In this document: positions 50,816 through 63,411 of the stretch, in pieces
Position numbering within the stretch: position 1 is the stretch's first letter
How the letters are laid out: every line of letters starts with the position of its first letter
DNA from: Squalus acanthias
Taxonomy: Eukaryota
Length of the DNA: 64,000 bases
NCBI GenBank assembly: GCA_030390025.1
Contig: CM059432.1
Span: 89,220,001 to 89,284,000 of the forward strand
Direction: 5' to 3'
Translations under genes and position numbers: made by a program
Notes under the pieces: generated by a model
The model's database searches: none
Told to the model about the DNA's origin: nothing
What the model saw: only the letters and a program-made list of their open reading frames with translations

Positions 50816-51909
50816 CCATGTATCTTAGGCTCTTAAGAGAAGCAAGGAAGGAAATAGTGGAGACTCTGACCATCATTTTCCAATCCTCTCTGCCTACAGC
50901 TGTGCTGCCAGAGGACTGGAGGACTGCTAACATTATACCATTGTTAAAAAGGGTGAAAGGGATAGACCGAATAATTACAGGCCAGTCAGTCTAACCTCGG
51001 TGGTGGGAAAATTATTGGAAAAAAATTCTGAGGGACAGTATTAATTGCCATTTAGAAAGGCATGGATTAATCAAGGACAGTCAGCATGGATTTGTTGAGG
51101 GAAGGACATGTCTGGCTAATTTGATTGAATTTTTTGAGGAGATAACAAGGAGTGTCGATGAGGGTAGCATGTTTGATGTAGTCTACATGGATTTTAGCAA
51201 GGTTTTTGACAAGGTCCCACATGGCAGACTGATCAGAAAAGCCCATGGAATCCAAGGGAAAGTGGCAAATTGTATCCAGAATTGGCTCAGTGGCAGGAAG
51301 CAAAGGGTAATGGTCGACGGGTGTTTATGTGACTGGAAAGCTGGTTCCAGTGGGGTTCCACAGGGCTCAGTACTGGGTCCCTTGCTTTTTGTGGTATATA
51401 TCAATGATTTAGACTTGAATGTAAGGGGCATGATTAAAAAGTTTGCAGATGATACAAATATTGGCTGTGTGGTTGATAGTGAGGAGGAAAGCTGGGGTTG
51501 TTTTTTTTGTAACAGAGGAGGCTGAGGGGAGACTGAATTGAGATATATAAAATTATGAGGGGCCTACATAGAGTGGATAGGAAGGACCTATTTCCCTTAG
51601 CAAAAGGGTCAATAACCAAGGGACATAGACTTAAAGTAATTGGTAGATGGATTAGAGGGGAGTTGAGGAGAACTTATTTCACCCAGAGAGTGGTAGGGAT
51701 CTGGAACTCACTGCCTGAAAGGATGGTAGAGGCAAATACCCTGTTCACATTTAAAAAGTACTTGGATATGCACTTGAAGTGCCGTAAGCTACAAGTCTAC
51801 GGACCAGGAGCTGGAAAATGGAATAATGCTGGATAGCTCTTTTTCGGCTGGCACAGACATGATGGGCCGAATGGCCTCTTTCTGTGCAGTAAATTTCTAT
51901 GATTCTATG
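50816..51909 (+). mobile_element. 5'-truncated, internally deleted CR1
   Basis: LRLLREAR..., DFSKVFDKV, GVPQGSVLGP and FADD motifs; (ATTCTATG)n tail. Confidence 0.88.
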
Positions 51910-53107
51910 ACCACCTCCAAGTTCCCCTCCAAGTCACACACCATCCTGACTTGGAAATATATTGCCGTTCCTTCATCGTCGCTGGGTCAAAATCCTGGAA
52001 GTCCCTCAGCACTGTGGGAGTACCTTCACCACATGGACTGCATTGGTTCAAGAAGGCGGCTCACGACCGCCTTCTCATTGGCAATTGGGGATGGGCAATA
52101 AATGCTGGCCTTGATGGTGATGCCCACATCCTAGGAATGAATAAAAAAATGAATAGATCAGTCTTACTTTGAACAAGGATTAAGGGGGCTAACAACACTC
52201 GCAACTGAAGTATGTTAATTGTGAAATCATCATACTAAAGTTTGATTAACCATTACTATCTGAAATGGAAAATGCAGTTCAGGAAACCATTTTAAGGTGT
52301 ATAATGTTAATGGAAATAGAAATAATCGAAAGCTCAAACACTTCACTTCAAAGGGCTAAAATACCAGAACGAATCTTTTTTTTCTGTCAAAAATGTTAGT
52401 CCCTAACAGAATCAATTTCCGTTTACGACATTAGGTCAGGAACATCTTGGCATTCTTTGAGATAAAAAGATAAACTGTGAATGTTGGTAATCCAAAATAA
52501 AAAATGTAATTGTAAAATATATAACCATATCATCAGTACCTGGAAGAGAAAAGTAGGTTAGTGTTTTTGATGGAGAACTTTGATCAGATATGGTGAACTT
52601 CATTAGTTCAGACGAAGGTTCTCCACCCAAAACATTGGGGGAGAAATTGGGTGCCTTTGCGCCACCCATTAGCGCCTCCGGGGGCGCCAACAGGGTGCTA
52701 CCGGATTTGCGACCAGGCGCAGCGCTAGTATCGACGCCCGCGAGATTGAGCTGGAGGTTTGCGGCGGCGGTAACCACTAGCACCACGATCTCCTGCGCCC
52801 GGAGATCATGACGTCATCCAGATGCGCAGCACCCCGACTCAGAAATTCACTCTCGCCCCCTGCCTGAGCGCCTGCCCTTCGCAACGACAGGTACAGGAGG
52901 CGGTTTGCAGTCGGAGGAGCGCTATATAAAGGTGTCAACTCCCGGGTTTTTTTTTGTCGGCAAACAATGCTGCCTTGTCAGTTTGACACAAGCAGACAGG
53001 TGTTTTGACTCATTTGACCGTTTTCAACTTGAAGGAGTATTCTGGCTGGGAAAAATTTATCACTTTCATTTGGGTTACATTTGATACTGCAACATTTCCA
53101 TCATTTA

Positions 53108-54268
53108 ATGGGGGCTGTACTGGCACTGGACCTCGCCCTCCAGCTTCACCGTCAGAGGCAGCAGAGGCAGAGAGAAAGATTGGAAAACGTGGCCAGAGGG
53201 AGGAGGGCCAACAGGGCTCTCAACAGGAGGCTTTACCCTCCCAGGGTATTCCGAGAGCACTTCTCCTACATTCATCTGTCAGAGGAGCAGTGCCTTAGAA
53301 GGCTCCGCTTCAGCAAGGAGGTGGTCACAGAGCTCTGCCACCTCCTGCAGCCAGAGCTCCAGTCTCAGCTCAGGACCAGGACGTCTCTCTCAGTGGCAGT
53401 GAAGGTCACAGTCTCTCTCAATTTCTAGGCTTCAACAGGGGATATTGCAAACATTTCGCAGTTCGCCATCCATTGCTGCATCCGGGAGGTAACAGACACT
53501 CTCTACAGAAGAAGAAGGGAGTACATCTCATTCCCCATGACCAGAGAGAAACAGGATGAACGCTCATGTGGCTTTGCAAGGATAGCAGGCTTCCCCGTGG
53601 TTCAGGGCGCCATTGACTGCACCCACATGGCATTGCGGGCACCTCATCACAATGCAGAGGAGTTCCGTAACCGCAAAGGCTGCCACTCTCTGAACGTTCA
53701 GTTGGTGTGAGACCACAGACAGCGCATCCTCGCTGTCAATGCCTGCTATCCTGGCAGCAGCCACGATGCATTCATCCTGCGACAAATTGGTGTCCCAGCA
53801 CTGTTCCAACCACCACATGAAGCTCGCGGCTGGCTGCTCAGCAACAAGGGTTATCCGCTTGCCACCTGGCTGATGACACCCCTCCACAACCCCAACACTC
53901 CTGCTCAGCACGCATACAATGACAGCCATAGCGCCACCAGGAACCTGATCAAACACACTATCGGATTGCTAAAGCATCGGTCCCACTTCCTTGACCGCTC
54001 TGGAGGAGCCCTGCAGTACTCCCCTGATTGAATCTCCCTTTTCATCGTTGTGTGATGCATGCTGCACAACCCGGCCATTCTGGGGGCCCAGCCATTGCCA
54101 CCAGGGATTGCAGGTCCACCTCAGGAGGAGGAAGAGGGAGAGGAGGAGGACGAGGCAGAGGAGGAGGATGAAGAGGAGGAGCAGCAGCAGCAATGGAGGA
54201 GGGAGGTACTCAATCTTGCTTCTGCAAAGGCCGTTCGTGAATGCCTCATTAGACAGTGCTTCCAATAA
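53108..54268 (+). pseudogene. HARBI1-like DDE transposase pseudogene
   Basis: One frame with four internal stops: GAIDCTH, NRKG, YPGSSHD, WLLSNKGY (GD lost), RNLIKHTIG (E to K), acidic tail. Confidence 0.9.
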
Positions 54269-54522
54269 ATGAGATAGCACATGGCGTTTGCGCAGCACAA
54301 CCACATCATTATAGCCAGCTCGCAGCCCCTCACCGGGCAAAGGTCAAATGAGAAACATCACAAAGTGTGCTATATCAAATTAACAATTTAATATCGAACT
54401 CAACTCTCTCTTATGAAACACAAATATTCATAAAGAAACACAACAATATATTTATAAACACATCATTTTATGAACACACACTACCCTCATTTGCTAATAA
54501 AGTATTCTTTACTCACCCTTCT

Positions 54523-56368
54523 TCAATGATTTCCGTCCCCTTTGGAATTCCCCCCTCCCAACCCTACTGCTCCTCCGTAATGTGGCCCCAGTGGCTGCAG
54601 CAAGGCTGGTGGAAGGCTGCTGAGTCTGGGAGCCAGGGACTGCAGATGGCCTTGCAGAATGCCCTCGACCAGCTCTGGGCCTGGAAGGCCCAGCTGCAGA
54701 CTGCACCACCTCAGCATGGGCGGCACAGTCTGGGATGGCTGGGTTACAGGCTGCGGCAAGTGCAATGGCGGAGTGGCAGTGGTGGGAGCAGGAATGCTGT
54801 CATCCTGAGAGAGGACAGCACCTTCCTGCTCGTCCGACACACTGCCACTCCCCCGGAGTAGAACCTCAGCATCTGGAGCAATCTGCTCAAGCACAGATTG
54901 CTGGCCTGCTGCAGCACCAAGAGGTCCCCGGTGGACTGTGGGCGACCCAGCGAGGATGGCAGCAGTCAGCGCTTGCGGGGCATCAATCTGAGACTGCATG
55001 AGAGCAATCTGAGATTGGATGCCACCAACCACTGACTCCATTACAGCACTAAGCCATTGCGTTGCTTCAGCCTGTGCTGCAATAGATGCTGCCACCTCAC
55101 CCATGACATGCGACATGAGGTCAGGGTCTCCACAGTCTCTCTGCGAGTCAACCATCCTTTGCAAACTACCAAGGATGGGCTCGATGGTTTGCGCAGAGAT
55201 GAGTGCAATGTTGGAGGCGGACTCCTCCAAGCTCCTAGACTATGCATCCATGCTCTCGGGCACACTTGCCATTGCACCCATGAGCTTGGTGTGCATGCCT
55301 ATCGCCCGTCTGATCATCGCCTCCACATTGAGGTCCTCATCTGAGTCCTGTGCAGCAGAACTCGTGGGCGAACTCACCCTCCGGGGAGATGGCCCCCGAG
55401 CTTCCCTTTCCCCGTGGCGTTGCTGCAGCCCGCTGGGTCCCAGAGCTTCACCCACATCAGTCCCATGAACTAGGCTCCCCTCCAGTGACCACGTCACCCC
55501 ATTATCAGACCTAGCGCCTTCGGAAGACACAGGCAGTGAGGCTCCGGCTTGTTCTTCCTCCTCCTCTCCCACGTCGCTGCTACTGGGAGGCTGAGGGACA
55601 GGCTGGTCATATGGTGGCTGATTATCTGAAAGCATAAAGGCACAAGAGTGGGGTTAAGGTCAGGGGAGGGGGGCAAGAAGGGAGCAAGGAATGGAGACAG
55701 TATACTTAGATGGAAAGTGGGAAAGGCTTGTGGTGTGAGGGGCCAGTGGTATGAGAGAAGAGGGAGAGGTGATGAACATACCGCTCCCACGACCTGGGTG
55801 GCAATGATGCAGACCACTCGCTCCTCCAGGTCTGTAAGGGGATGCAGGTCTACCTCACCTCCTTCCGTTTGTGACTGCTCTCTCCTGTAATGAGCAAGCT
55901 TGGCCTGCAAGAAAAAGGAAAGCGTGTGATTTAGTGTGCAACTATGTTTTTGGCAAATGTGCCTACCATAGTTGAATGGCTGTTAATGTATGCAAGGCGT
56001 GCATGTTACTTTTAGTAGGTGGGCATAGTTGATGGGTGAGTGTTGGGGATGTGGCGGTTTATACAGTGTGTGCACAGAGTGAGGTTGAGATGGTGGCATG
56101 TAGAGGTTTTGAAGCATGTACTCACCCTGACCACCCGAGTGAGGTTGTTGAATTTCTTCTGGCACTGGGTGGGAGTCCTGTGGACCACACTTCTGGCTGA
56201 CACGAGCTGGGCGACCTCCCTCCACATCCTCCTAAAGGTCTGTGGCAATGGCCCCCTGCCAGTGTCCAGGAAGAGCACTGCCCATCGGCGTTCCACAGCC
56301 GCGACCAGAGCCTCCAAGGCGTGGTTGCTGAACCAGTTCTCTCTCTCTTTGGGTCTCTGATCAGCCAT
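54523..56368 (-). pseudogene. Harbinger Myb/SANT-like gene, 3 exons (56368-56126, 55904-55782, 55625-54523)
   Basis: WFSNHALEALV...WREVA...RTPTQCQKKFNNL|gtgagt; ttgcag|AKLAHYRRE..GG|gtatgt; ttcag|exon 3. Confidence 0.85.
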
Positions 56369-59219
56369 CAGTTGCTTGAATGAAGGCTTGCAGCTCCTTG
56401 CAGGCTCAGTTCACAAGCAGCAATGATCAGAGTGAGGCTGTGCAGCATGATTGTACCTCTCCTTTAAGAACTGGAAGGCGCCAGTCTGTCTGAGGACTCT
56501 CTAATTGACAGCGCCGGAACTTGATTAGCGCTCTGAAGGTAGCGCCCCGCTCTGCGGCGTTAGCGCCCTAAGAGAAGTGTGGAGTGCTTGATTTAGCGCT
56601 CCACTTCCCTCTTGGGGTGCTAAAACTCAATTTTGCGTTCGCTAATGGTCGATTCCAAATTTTTCTCCCATTAACCCATCTTCTATCATCCAGACTCTAA
56701 TGAACGTACATTTTAATTCCAGAATGACCTGTTTTCAGTTCTGTCAATATGTATCATTTAAGATCTCATTGACAAAGACAATTCTCACACAGAAGCAAAA
56801 GCACTTTCACATACACCCATATATTTATTAATTATTTATAATACTGGGGGGAGAAGGATTTCCATTGTTTCATGTGTAATATTAACTGCTATGTCCTGCA
56901 ACTATAGAACTGCTAAAATGTTGTGCGAAACTACTTTAACAGTAAAGACAGAGTGACATTGTGGCTTTGCATTGGCCAATCAAGAGCCTGGTCAGTGCAA
57001 TGGTTTAATGGCTGCAATTCCTCATGAGGAGAGTTTCTAATCTCAAGCAAGCTGTCCTGGGAGGTGCCAAACAGAGGCAATGTGCTCCACCACAAACAGG
57101 AAAAGAAAAATCTGAGGTCATGCCACTGAATGCTGTACTTATGCACCTACAAGTAGTATCAAACAAGAGCATTGGCAGATGCCGAGGAACAGGTTTCCTC
57201 ATCCAGAAATGCTGCGTAGGCTGATGCAGGTGAGGGCAAAAAGGGGAGCAAAGTAACATAGAAATGACAGAAGTTTCAAAGATAGTTATCTTTGTTTTTG
57301 TACTCCTGTCAATGATTATTTGCAAGGTATTACAATGAGAAAGGATCTGATCAGAGATTGTGGTAAATCAAGTCCATTTTGTGCAAACTACAGAATCCTA
57401 AACTAGGTTTGGTTACTGGGGACTTGATCCAGCGTACTGCACTAATACACTGACCCTGAAATTATGCCTTGGGAAACCTGTGCAAGATTAATGATGAGTT
57501 GGTCTCAAAATCCTATCTACTATTTTAGTGGGTCTGCCTCTGCTGAAACAGCAGGGAAAAGACTTTCAGACAAACATGTTAAATGTTCATACACTAATAT
57601 CCCATGATGTAACTTATGCATCTTAGAACCTAATGAATAGCATGCAGGCTATGTAGTTGCATGCTATTTTCTCTATATAGCTATCTATAAGTTGAATTCT
57701 AAAATCTATTACTTGTTAACAACCTTATTCCACTGACAACAAAGAGGAACATTTTAAATTGCCAAAAAATATACATTATTGATTTTACAATTCATTGATG
57801 TTCCTAATACAACGAAATGTAAATTTTTCTTGCACCTTGTAAATCTTCTTTCGTGGCACCAATATTACTAAATTATGAGCTCACATTCCAGACAGGTAAT
57901 GCAACTGAAGTAAACATGAAGCCTTAAACAACACATTTCATGTGGTGCACAGTCCTGACATATTTATTTTAGTCAGTGTTCTTTGCCGATCTTATCTGCC
58001 GGGATATGCTTACCGTTCAACATCAGTTTTGGTTTCTGATCTTGAGCTCTTTCAATAAAACTGCTTCTTGGAAGACGAGATAAAAAAATAATTGCCATTA
58101 GTTTGCAGGGATCCTTTTATTTTCCTAGAGAGCACAATAAACCTCTCTGCTGTAGGATGCAGTAATTATTTGATACGCCTTTCTATAAAAATAATGGCAA
58201 TATGCTGAAGCATATTTGATCAATGTTGAAATGGTTGTATTTATTCAGATAAACTCTGGTATACTGTACATTATTTTTGACTTTTAAATAAGATGAATAC
58301 TTCTGGTGTTCATTTTGATGCAGTTCTTTTACAATACTTCAATTTGGAAAAAATAATTATATTTGCTATGCCAACACGCACCACAGGAGACATATTTACA
58401 CATATTACTTGCTTTGTCTTTCTATAATTTTATAATTAGTCACTTATGCAAATAATAATCTTGACAAAAGTAATTTGCAGTAAAATGATGGTTATCATAA
58501 ATCACTTTATAAACTAATAAATGTTAGAATAAGATGCCTAGTTCTGACATTTGTAGAAAGTGTGATGCTTTAGAAATGTATCTCACAGCTCACTGTCAAA
58601 ATCATTGCATATCACTCATTTTTGATATGTAAAAGCATGCATTTAATACTGTGATAAAATCATTACATAACACATAAAATAAGTATCTGTTGACCGCAGC
58701 AAAGCAAGAACGAATTTTGTATCGTATTTTGAGTAAACCACAATTCGTAACTAAAATTCAAACAATCGTAATGTGCTAACATGGAGGTAATGCAGGAGTT
58801 TTTATTCATATGTTGGTATAGTATACACCAGATATTGAATATTATCCTTCTTTGATTTCATCTATTCTTTACTGAAACTAAATTACTAAATGGCTTTAGT
58901 AAAGTTGCCTTCCTTGTAGTAAATGGGTGAAAATGATAAAGATGAAAATATATCTTGATTTAAATTTACAAATTTCTCCTGCAGAATTCACATCTCTGTA
59001 GCAATATTAGACAGTGGAATAAATGAATTTACATTGTTTAAAAAGTTAAGACAATACTTTTCCAAAAATAAGCAGACAACTCCAGGATTTTTTTTCAGTT
59101 TTTTATATTTTGCAACATATAATTGATTGTAGAATTTATTGAATAGAGGGTGGAAACAATTAGCAATTTCTTTTTAAAGTACAATGGCTACGTACTGTGA
59201 TAAAAGAAGCTTTTGATCT

Positions 59220-59560
59220 GAGATGATCGAAGGGCTTCCAATTACCTCAGTCACTCAAGAGTCGCAGCAAGCTCCTTTGAAGAGGTCTTGGACCTCGTTG
59301 GGGAGTCTGCCTGCCATTTCATACCTTGTTGCTATGAATGTGGTCATCAATGGTCTCCAATGCCCAGGAGTTACAATAGGGTCTTTTGAAGAGTTGTTGG
59401 ACCTCTTCAGGGCCTATGTCAAATATGTGGGATTTTGGCCATGTATGCAAGAGTCTGGGATGACGCCTGAGTCAATGGACCTTTTAGATTAGTCAAAGCG
59501 CTGCTCCATGCCATCTAGTTGCTAGAATAGCATTGGTCAGTGAGGGTGAAGGTGGAGGGC
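59220..59560 (+). mobile_element. Possible very old LINE (Tx1/L1-like) 3' remnant
   Basis: GC-richer island encoding LLDLFRAYV; weak resemblance only. Confidence 0.25.
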
Positions 59561-62266
59561 AGGCGATCACTTTCAGGTTAACAGTCACAGTGAAGTTTGT
59601 TGGTTTAAAGTGTGGGTTGATGAAATGTGATAATCAAATACTGGAAATATTACAAATGAAATAACACTGCAGCAGTAACAGCATCAAGAAACAATACCCT
59701 TTTTTCTAAAAATGTTTGGCAGGCTACTCCTGTTGAATAACATTGAAAACTTGCTTTGTACTGTCTATTTTCATTGAGGTCGGTCTAATTTAAAAAAAAA
59801 GATATTGAAGAATAACAAGACATTAATGATGTTTCACTTCACTTTGTAGTTGTAATGTTTTCTTCTATCCTGCCCTTTTATCTAAAATTATAATTGTTAA
59901 ATATATTTTAAAAGATAATTTTTTGGATTCTGTTTTTATTGCGTTCACAGTACCCTTAAAACAAAATCCATGGTTTTGTTTTAAAAATCTAGCATTCATA
60001 ATTTAGATCCATTTTGGTCGATTTAGTAAATGGTATAAGACTTGTGCATCATCATCCCAGAAAATATTATCTAACAAATAGTAGGAGAGAAATACTCAAA
60101 GTGTTACCTGAAGTGTTTTTGACTTTAGGAAAATAGCTGTCAGTTAAATTCACAAGCATCACATTATGTATGCTCTTCAGCATATTTCACTGAGGTTGTA
60201 TTCTAATGGCATGGCTCACGGTATCCCAGATCTGCTTGTGATTTTACATAAATAAGATGAAATCATCCATTTCTTATATGAAAACTCTGCACAAATTGAA
60301 CCACGAAATAGCTCAAATCCGTTCATTGACAGCAGCTTTCTTTACTGTTTTTTCAAAAGCAATTTGTTTCTTTCCAACAGGCAGAACCTCCTGCTGAGTC
60401 TGTGGTACAAAAAATAGAAATTATTTGGGTGGTAGAGCTAATAAAAATCTTCCAATCATTGAAGCAGATACTGTTTATATATCTCTAGGAATAGTTGGAT
60501 TGATATACTTTATAGGAGTTGACTTGGAATTATGCTGTTTTTCAGCAGATCATTTTGTTTTATTTTAAATTTAAAAAGCATCATGGGTGAATCTCATGAA
60601 ATCAAAGTTAGTAACAAAAATGTGAAGAGTATCATTTCTGATAAAAAATGTCCAGTTCATTTAACAAACACAGTTATGCATTCAGTGTAACAATACTTGG
60701 GTGTTTTAGTATATTATTTATAGGTAAAGTCATCACAGTGTTAACATGCATAAAACATTGCATGTATATATGTGAGGCAATGCTGGTTAAATAATACATG
60801 TTGTGAGGCTAATGGACAAATTGCAAACCATTGTTACATTATACACTTTTATCTCCAGGCCCTGACTTTCATCATCGGGCCAAAAATGTTAGTGCCAAGC
60901 TGTGCACCACCTAGTTTTATAGGTGTATTATTAAGTTCTGTCTGCCTTTGATACATGAGGATAGTGCAGCATTCTCTTCCTATGTCACTCTATGCTTAAA
61001 TGAAATAACGAATACTTCAACATTTGACACACAGTACAAGTCACCGCCATCCAATCTGTCACAAACAGCACCTGAATCCCAGCTGTAGCATTCATGGTGA
61101 ATGCTTGATACTAGCTTTACACTAGCCCATGCTTTGCACTAAACATACCTTTTCATTAAGGTTCAGAGAATAGTATTTAATCATATTTTAATGCACTGTA
61201 TTTTTATTTATAATCCAACACTGAAACGTAAGGGTGCAGTGATTATCTAACTATTTGATTTGAAAGATCAGTTAGATTCTGTTTACTATAAGAGTAGACT
61301 GTTGTATATTTGCTTTCTTAAAATATTATACGCAGCTGCTGTTTATTGAATGGGGAATGTGCAGCAAAACAAGCTCTTCTGTGTTTCACATCAGAGTACA
61401 TGCATTGCAGGAAGAGGCTGGCCATGACAATGACCACTCGGGCACTTCCACTGGGGAATTTGTTGCTTGATCCACAGCTTCGACTTCTGCCACTTCCTCA
61501 TCCACTGTATCATGGCAACCTTATTTTCACAAGCACCAGTACAGAGACATCCACTTGAGAGGAAATAGCTAGTGAATCAGAAGGGCTGTCACTCGGTGAG
61601 GTGCTGGGAGAAAATGAGAATCTGGAAGTGGAAGACAGGGAGAGTGCTGCTCCTCCATCGAGAAATAACCAGTGTTAGTTGAGGAGCCCAGGGACCCAGA
61701 TCTCAGGGTCTCAGTGTTCAGTAGAACAGATGTCACTATTTCTATGGAGAGTGGCATTGAGCCTGTAGCCTTAAGGCCCCCTCCAATTACTTTGAACGAG
61801 GGAACTTCAGATGTGGCCATCCCTGCCACAGCAAGAGAAAAATTGCCAGAAGCTGTTCCCTCTTGCTCAGCTGCTTCCCTGACACAAGAGTCACCACAGG
61901 CCTCTAAGACTCAGGGGGACCATCTCAGCCAATAACTACTCAATTTCATCTCACTCAGAAAACAACTCATAGGAGTAATAGATTAGCAGCATGACCAAGT
62001 AGGTTAGATGGCACAAAGGGTGTTAAGAAATAGTTGTACATACATTGGCCGGGTTTTGTGGTCAACGGCGAAGGAACGGCACTCGCCATTCACCTCTCTG
62101 AGAACTGCCCACAAAGTTTTTGCGAGCTTCAGAGTGCAGACTTGCTCCAATCTAGTGTTTGAGCCAGTGCGGCACCCTCTACAGGGCAGCTGTGGTGTCT
62201 GTGAGCAGGTCAAGAAACAGTGATGCTTTTCAACCAATCAGATTGAAGAATCCTCACTAAGACACA

Positions 62267-63285
62267 TGGGGTGAAATTGGGCTCAGTAACGCTGTTTTTG
62301 GGCACTATAAGGCCCCTTAAGGTTCCAAAATGGCATCTGCAGCACGCGCACACTTCTGGAGCGAAGAACGGCAGTCGCCATATTGTTAAAGGGATTAGTG
62401 TGCGCACACCTAACGTCCGCCGGCAGCATGCATATCATGATGTCAATCAGTGTGCAATGCTGATTTGACGCCAGTACTGCCATTTTGGAGCTCCACCCTC
62501 CAGCTTACACCCTCTTGCCACCTCTCACAGTTGAACACAGGTTCAACAGTATGACATACCTCCCACCAGCGCTGTTTAAAGGGATCATCAACTACTTACA
62601 GGTTATTTACTGGATGAGTTCTTCTGGCTGTTGCTGCAATTCTACATATTTTGGGTGCTTTTCCATATTTGTTAAAAGTTTCAATAGTTTACAGGAAGTG
62701 GTCTGACTGGTACTGCAGTACTTTTTTAGTAGCTTAAAGGCTTGTGTACAAACCAGTTGCTTCCAGACATAATAGTGCTTCCTCTTGGCATTGAGCATGA
62801 CTGGGAGGATGAGCAGAGGTCATACAGAGCAGGTCAAGCTGCTAGAAGAGGGAGGAAGAGGAGGGGGAGAAGGGCTCTCAGCAGGAGGTCATATCCGCAG
62901 AGGGTCTTTAGGGAGCAGATCTGTTAGAGAACAGATTGCAGGAGTGCTGTGACACCCTGGAAGCCCCTTTGCACACTAGTATCCAGAGCCATGATGGCAG
63001 CAGTCTGAGCTTCCATGGTACCAAGCTGAGAATGCATGACAGCAGTCTGAGCTTCCACTGCAGCACTCAGACGTTGGGTGTATGCTGCTTGCGCTACAAT
63101 GGAAGCTGAGACATCGGCCATCAGAAGCTGCACATTGGTTGGCTCCACAGGTTTGTTGATGGAGGTGGCCACCTATTCCATGTTGGAACGGATGGGCTCC
63201 AAGCTTTCCAAGGATTCCTCCATGCTCCTTGACATTGAATGTAGGGTTCCTGGCAGATTTTCCAGTGCACCAAGCATTTGGCAAT
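62267..63285. mobile_element. Internally deleted Harbinger element (left end, transposase N-terminus, Myb C-terminus)
   Basis: GGGGTGAAATTGG end; RRALSRRSYPQRVFREQ (cf. 53215-53260) abuts minus-strand VSASIVAQAAYTQRLSAAVE (cf. 55040-55100). Confidence 0.75.
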
Positions 63286-63411
63286 CTACACCTCCTTATC
63301 TCTGTAATCTCCTCCAGCCCTATAATCCCCCTAGACCTCTGTGCTCCACCTATTCTGGACTTTTGAACATCCACGATTTTAAATACTCCACCATTGGTGG
63401 TCGTGCCTTCA
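63286..63411 (+). mobile_element. L2-like LINE C-terminal fragment
   Basis: PPYLCNLLQPYNPPRPLCS..SGLL....TIGGRAF. Confidence 0.6.

Larger units (their letters stand above)
49817..52150 (+). mobile_element. Third Zenon-like 3' fragment, interrupted by a MITE and a CR1
   Basis: Pieces 49817-49912, 50655-50815 and 51910-52150 are colinear with 49316-49815. Confidence 0.82.
52637..56669. mobile_element. Full-length (4.0 kb) PIF/Harbinger transposon, inactivated
   Basis: TIRs GGGGGAGAAATTGGG / CCAAATTTTTCTCCC, ATT TSD, convergent transposase (+) and Myb (-) genes. Confidence 0.92.

Noticed and set aside
53108..54268. Domesticated HARBI1 host gene
   Set aside because: Multiple stops, mutated catalytic residues, and flanking TIRs and TSD show it is a transposon copy.
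57005..57235. Coding exon ending at CAG|GTGAGG
   Set aside because: In-frame stop upstream, no convincing acceptor, and no recognisable peptide.
60360..60410. Micro-exon after strong acceptor TTTCTTTCCAACAG
   Set aside because: The following donor (GTACAA) is weak and there is no other support.
61400..61935. Host exon (Ser/Thr/Glu-rich ORFs)
   Set aside because: Stops interrupt the frames and the composition resembles a decayed Harbinger Myb-gene exon 3; it cannot be assigned.
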